This document shows, in pieces, positions 59,356-64,000 of a stretch of DNA of 64,000 bases (its first letter is position 1; every line of letters starts with the position of its first letter). The notes under the pieces were generated by a model. It worked only from the letters and a program-made list of their open reading frames with translations. It was not told where the DNA came from and did no database searches. The stretch spans positions 1-64,000 of the forward strand of contig JABCSY010000004.1 in assembly GCA_018238625.1 (NCBI GenBank), given 5' to 3'. Made by a program: the position numbers and the translations under genes. This DNA comes from Promethearchaeota archaeon. GTDB lineage: Archaea; Asgardarchaeota; Lokiarchaeia; Sigyniarchaeales; SOKP01.

Positions 59356-62300
59356 TTGAGAAGATTTAATAAAATAATAGTTTTTGTATTAATTCTGAGT
59401 TTTCTTTCTACTCCCCTTTATATAAATTTTAAGAAAGAAATCATTGCTTTGGGGGTAGAAAACGACGATACTTTTAAATGGGATTTGCTAAATCCATCTG
59501 ACATTGCAGGAACAGATCTTTATGCTGAACAGATTAATGTATTTGTCGCGGGTAACAAGTCCGTCATAAAACAGTCCCTTTTTACTAACGATACAAGTAT
59601 ATTGCCCCGCTTTGATACTAGGGATCCTGCTTTTTATAAATGCAATGTTCTCTTTAGTGTATCGAATGGAATTACGCCTGAAATTTTTCCACGCGTTCTT
59701 AACGAAGATGGTTTTTATAGGCAATATGAAATGACTTTCAACAGTTTTTCTGGATTCCTTTATTACGACGAAGAAGTAAACGAAGATAACGCTAAATTAA
59801 GGGCAGAGAGAGCTCTCGAAATCATAAAAAGAAAGTTTGAAATTGACCTTATCATGATTAACGCATCTAACCCATATCTTTTTCCCTTTGTTGGTTATTA
59901 TCCTAATTGGGACGTTTATTTTCGCGAAATCACTACAAATCTTCCTATGGACGGGTATTGGAAAGCGTTAGATGTTGATCGCTTAACATCTGAAGAATAC
60001 ATAAATAATCAGCATTTATCCTCGACATTTCTTTTAGTAAATTCTTTGGATTTATTAGATAAAGATATAACCGAATCAATAGATCAAGTTAATTTTAACA
60101 TCAATTCTCTCGATTTAGGGTATTTAGAAAATCTTGAGGTTGATAATATATTCGAGCAGTTTTCAAGTATTTTAGTTGATTATCCGTCTTTATTTGGTAA
60201 CTTTTCAGATTTTTTAGATTTAAATCAAACTACTCAAGAAGATTCTGAAGGTTTTGGTGATATGTTTAGCGGTTTAACTTTGTCAAACGAATCCCATTAC
60301 ACAAGTTTAATGGTGCAATACGAGGGTTTAAGTGAGGGTATTAAAAATGTTGGAGAAAATGAGTATAAATTTAATCTATGGGATGCTTTAGGTTATCAAG
60401 GAGAACCACTTCAACCAAGTCAAAAAATATTTATAGCATTAACGGGAGCCTTTATGAGCGAAATAGATATTAATATTTTTTGCACTGAAATAGTAGATGA
60501 AACACCTAAATATTTCACCTTTTACGATTTTTTGTTAGAACAAATAGCTTTATTGTCGTTCTATGCGGATGTTGATTTCGACATTCAATCATTAAAGGAT
60601 TATTCATTTGAATTAATTTGGGTGGATGAAAAAGGATTTAAACATAATTATGTCAAACCTGTAAATTTAAATGACCCTACGGACTATATAAATTTTTTAC
60701 ATCAACTGGGATGGCAAGGTTTACCCGGGATTCCTACAGGAATATTGAACCCTATCGAAGATTTTGTGATTACATATAAAGTTTCGAATTCAGAACCAAA
60801 TTTACTTATTACTAAAGATTTAATTGGGGAAAACGCATCATTTGGAGTTTATAATACTTTTTCTTTTAATATAACGGCAAAAAATGTAGGAAACGAAACC
60901 GCGTGGGGCGTTCCTACTCCCATTCCGATAGAATTGGACGACGTATTTTCAATAATTGTAGGTCCGGTTGGTGTATTTTTAGGCCTTGACGAAGACCTTA
61001 AAGATGCTATTTGGGAGGTGGCAAGAGTTGAATATTCCGGTCAATATGATTCCTTAGAAGATTTCTTTAATTTTGACGAGGACCCTCGATTGTTTTATTT
61101 TGATACCACGGGAGCTGGTTTAATCGATACTTATTATCCAAACTTTAGTAATTTCTCTAACCTTTTACCATATAACGAAAATATGAATCATGTGATTGAT
61201 CTAATAGCAATTGGCAATCCACAATTGATATCTTCTTTAGAAACAATAGGATTGCCTTCAGATTCTCTAAAAGAAACTTTCACTAATGATGATAGTATTT
61301 GGAACGATGATAATTGGAGATTAGAGCCAAATGAGATAATTTCGTATACATTTGATAATCTTTCCATCGAAAGTTTTGACACTTTTTCTCAATTTTACAT
61401 GTACAATTTCACGATTAAAGAAACATTTCCAGAACTACCCTCAATAATTTCAGGCGTTTCGATCGAAGAGACTTCGCCTCAAATGGCATTAACTAACGAC
61501 GATGAAGACTGGATTGTCGAATCAGAAGAAAAATATGTAGATCAACATGAAATTGAGATTCAAGTTCTTTTTCAGAATACGACAAATATAGATTTAATTA
61601 ATAATTCTCTAGATAGAGTTTCAATAGTAATCAACTTCACCGATCCTAGTAATGTTTTGGAATTTGAAGTTTTTAATTTTTCTACTGAAGAATTTCAAAG
61701 TATTTCCGCGTATTTGACGTCAACGGTTAATAATACTTCAACATTTTCATTTATAAAAAATCAAGGAACATTAGAATGGTTGTTTGATCCTACAGCGAGA
61801 GATAATCATACAATCATAATAAAAATAAAGGGTATTAGTACAAGTCTTTTCAATATTTCAATTAATGATTTAGATGTAGAACTTTATTATAGGGATATTA
61901 ATGAATATAAGGTTTTAGGATCGAGAGTCATCTATTCTTCGTTAAGCGGGAAAATTGAGTACATAAGAAACTCGAATTCGATATCTTTAAGCACTGACAA
62001 TATGGCTTCGATCGTTTCCTATTCTTATTTGACTAGTTATAGCACAAAAGTGGGAGATATTAATAACCTTACATTAGTTTTTAAAAACATAGGTTCTGAT
62101 TTTGCCAAAAATATTAACATTTCAATATTAATTCCAGGAATAATTTACGATCCAATCAACTTTACTATTGAAGAAAATTTCTTAAAATACAATGTAGCTG
62201 AACTTGCTCCTTATACGGAAAAACAAGTAAGTTTTTCTTTTTACATTCCAAATACTGCAGTAATTAGCAGTACAAATATTAGTTATAGCACCCTAGAACA

Positions 62301-63324
62301 TGTCCAAAATTTAAATTCAACTATTTTAGAATCTAATTCTAATCACGTCTGCTTTTCCGCTCCCATTGATTATCTAACTCGATTTCCCTATATTAAAACA
62401 ATAGAAATTCATTTTAATGCTTCGAATCTTACACCATCTATAGGAGAAGAACTGAACTTGTCCATTTATGTTAAAAACAACGGTCTTGAAGGATTCAACA
62501 TTCAAAACTTAACTATTTCAATGAACGATCAGTTTGGGGATTTAGTACGAATTGATAATGAAACTTTAAATATAGCGGAGTTAGGGTATAATATAGTTAA
62601 AGCCTTTAACATAACTCTAATTAAACGCGATTGGAAAGGGTATTTTTATCCTTCCATTAATTATGTGGAGAATTTAGAAAAAAGTTTAATTCAAATTGCT
62701 TCCTCAAAACCATTAATATTAGGGAGAATTAATTTTTCAATTATTAAATCAGTTGATAAGAACCAAGTTGAAATTGGGGACATTATAACGGTTGAGCTTA
62801 ATGTTAAAAATGTTGGAACAATTTGTGCTAAAAATATAAGCATTAATGACATCATTAGTTTCACAGAAATTGACTTCAACTTAATAAGTGGTAGTCTTAT
62901 TAACACGATCTCGTGTTTGCAACCAGGAGAGAATATAACCTTTTCATATAAAATTCAAGCTATATCTCAAGTCTTATTAAAGTTAAAACCCGCTGGAATT
63001 GAATATTATTACCTACTGAAGCTCGAGGACACATCTAATTTAGTTGAAATTAAAGTAGTAATTCCAGGAGTAATTCAAACATTTTTTGTTTTAGGTCCAA
63101 TGTTAATTTCTTTAACAGTTTTAACCATTTTCCTTTGGAAAACAAAAAAATATAAAGCTAAAAAGTACGAACTTCAACGGAACGAGTTAATGCTTTTCAA
63201 AGTTTCTGGTAGCAGCATTGTTTTACAAATTGAGAATACTTTAAGAGATAGATTTAATTCAATTTCTAAGATTCAGAGTGAAGAAATTATAGAAAAAGAA
63301 AATGGAGGTGAATCTATTAGCTGA
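59356..63324 (+). CDS. Large secreted, C-terminally anchored surface glycoprotein (DUF11/CARDB-like Ig repeats)
   Basis: N-terminal signal peptide, many N-x-S/T sequons, 'I.K.V.K..V.IGD.ITV.L.VKNVG' repeats and a C-terminal TM helix with basic tail. Confidence 0.75.
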   Translation: MRRFNKIIVFVLILSFLSTPLYINFKKEIIALGVENDDTFKWDLLNPSDIAGTDLYAEQINVFVAGNKSVIKQSLFTNDTSILPRFDTRDPAFYKCNVLFSVSNGITPEIFPRVLNEDGFYRQYEMTFNSFSGFLYYDEEVNEDNAKLRAERALEIIKRKFEIDLIMINASNPYLFPFVGYYPNWDVYFREITTNLPMDGYWKALDVDRLTSEEYINNQHLSSTFLLVNSLDLLDKDITESIDQVNFNINSLDLGYLENLEVDNIFEQFSSILVDYPSLFGNFSDFLDLNQTTQEDSEGFGDMFSGLTLSNESHYTSLMVQYEGLSEGIKNVGENEYKFNLWDALGYQGEPLQPSQKIFIALTGAFMSEIDINIFCTEIVDETPKYFTFYDFLLEQIALLSFYADVDFDIQSLKDYSFELIWVDEKGFKHNYVKPVNLNDPTDYINFLHQLGWQGLPGIPTGILNPIEDFVITYKVSNSEPNLLITKDLIGENASFGVYNTFSFNITAKNVGNETAWGVPTPIPIELDDVFSIIVGPVGVFLGLDEDLKDAIWEVARVEYSGQYDSLEDFFNFDEDPRLFYFDTTGAGLIDTYYPNFSNFSNLLPYNENMNHVIDLIAIGNPQLISSLETIGLPSDSLKETFTNDDSIWNDDNWRLEPNEIISYTFDNLSIESFDTFSQFYMYNFTIKETFPELPSIISGVSIEETSPQMALTNDDEDWIVESEEKYVDQHEIEIQVLFQNTTNIDLINNSLDRVSIVINFTDPSNVLEFEVFNFSTEEFQSISAYLTSTVNNTSTFSFIKNQGTLEWLFDPTARDNHTIIIKIKGISTSLFNISINDLDVELYYRDINEYKVLGSRVIYSSLSGKIEYIRNSNSISLSTDNMASIVSYSYLTSYSTKVGDINNLTLVFKNIGSDFAKNINISILIPGIIYDPINFTIEENFLKYNVAELAPYTEKQVSFSFYIPNTAVISSTNISYSTLEHVQNLNSTILESNSNHVCFSAPIDYLTRFPYIKTIEIHFNASNLTPSIGEELNLSIYVKNNGLEGFNIQNLTISMNDQFGDLVRIDNETLNIAELGYNIVKAFNITLIKRDWKGYFYPSINYVENLEKSLIQIASSKPLILGRINFSIIKSVDKNQVEIGDIITVELNVKNVGTICAKNISINDIISFTEIDFNLISGSLINTISCLQPGENITFSYKIQAISQVLLKLKPAGIEYYYLLKLEDTSNLVEIKVVIPGVIQTFFVLGPMLISLTVLTIFLWKTKKYKAKKYELQRNELMLFKVSGSSIVLQIENTLRDRFNSISKIQSEEIIEKENGGESIS

Positions 63325-64000
63325 AGAAACTAATTAAATTCACACTTATTTTATTTCTTATCATAGGTTCAACTGTAGGAACGAGTTTCATTTTTAATTT
63401 AATAATTCCATATAAATTAAATTTTGGAAAACAAGAGAGTGTTGACTATCTACATAGTTCAAATAATGGTAAAAAATCTGTAATCGTTTTTTTTAATGAA
63501 TCCACATTTGATGCTAATGCTAAAACTAGGTTTGAATTTTATGGAGGAAATTTTAAAGAAAACGAAGAATGGAATTCCTTGTTTAATAACTTTTCGGGGT
63601 TCGCAGGAGTAATTCCTATAGAAAACATTTCCACATATAAAAGCGAGTTTCCAGATATAAATGTAGAAACTGATGAAATTATTGAAGTTCAAATGAATTA
63701 TGCAAGCATTCAAACCCAATCAGTAAATTCAACATGGTACATAAATGGTTATAAAGGAAATACAGATTCTTCTATTGCTGTTTTGGATAGTGGTGTAAAT
63801 CTTAACCATGACTTTTTACAAGGCAGAATTATAGGTTGGCAGAATTTTATTAGTCAAGATCCGATGACAGATTATAACGGTCATGGTACATTCATATCTT
63901 CAGTTATAGCGGGCACTGGTACTTCAACTTATAATTCTAATAGTCCTTCAATAGTGAATTTATACGGCAATTATTCTCATTTAGATCTTTTTGACGAATA
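63321..64000 (+). CDS. Secreted subtilisin-like (S8) serine protease, partial (runs off the window)
   Basis: Hand translation gives a signal peptide 'KKLIKFTLILFLIIGS', catalytic 'IAVLDSGV' and 'DYNGHGT'. The start is probably CTG at 63321, after GGAGGTGA. Confidence 0.85.
   Translation, partial: MKKLIKFTLILFLIIGSTVGTSFIFNLIIPYKLNFGKQESVDYLHSSNNGKKSVIVFFNESTFDANAKTRFEFYGGNFKENEEWNSLFNNFSGFAGVIPIENISTYKSEFPDINVETDEIIEVQMNYASIQTQSVNSTWYINGYKGNTDSSIAVLDSGVNLNHDFLQGRIIGWQNFISQDPMTDYNGHGTFISSVIAGTGTSTYNSNSPSIVNLYGNYSHLDLFDE

Noticed and set aside
104-63719. Numerous 60-145 aa antisense or overlapping ORFs in the track (e.g. 104..394, 12704..13054, 51179..51547, 58870..59304, 63459..63719)
   Set aside because: They lie opposite well-supported genes and have no motifs or RBS; they are codon-bias shadow ORFs.
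1-64000. tRNA/rRNA genes, transposases, integrases
   Set aside because: No GC-rich structured RNA segments or mobile-element protein motifs were recognised by eye. A tRNAscan/Infernal run would be needed to exclude short RNAs.

Overview
AT-rich archaeal chromosomal DNA, most likely from an Asgard archaeon (Lokiarchaeia-like). This rests on gelsolin-domain and longin-domain genes, archaeal TATA promoters, GGAGG/GGTGA ribosome-binding sites, IorAB, ADP-forming acyl-CoA synthetases and a UbiA prenyltransferase. Most of the window is ordinary heterotrophic metabolism and transport: beta-oxidation and ETF genes, a ChlD/CobN chelatase, Fe-S/CCG oxidoreductases, a MoxR-vWA pair, hydrolases, MFS/ABC transporters, a large surface protein and a subtilase running off the end. 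The standout is the apparently intergenic stretch 38319-38900. It holds three unannotated 23-24 aa peptide ORFs, each with an identical GAGGTAA RBS starting exactly 13 nt before the ATG, an A-rich leader, a T-rich tail and a related aromatic C-terminus. They are transcribed divergently from a 989-aa double-wHTH + TPR regulator across a palindromic operator cluster. A duplicated stand-alone wHTH and an HExxH peptidase flank them, and the same operator/TATA architecture recurs upstream of an MFS exporter at 47 kb. The layout resembles a bacterial RRNPP-type peptide-signalling locus, here in an archaeon; the function is inferred, not shown. All assignments come from reading motifs by eye, and no database searches were run.
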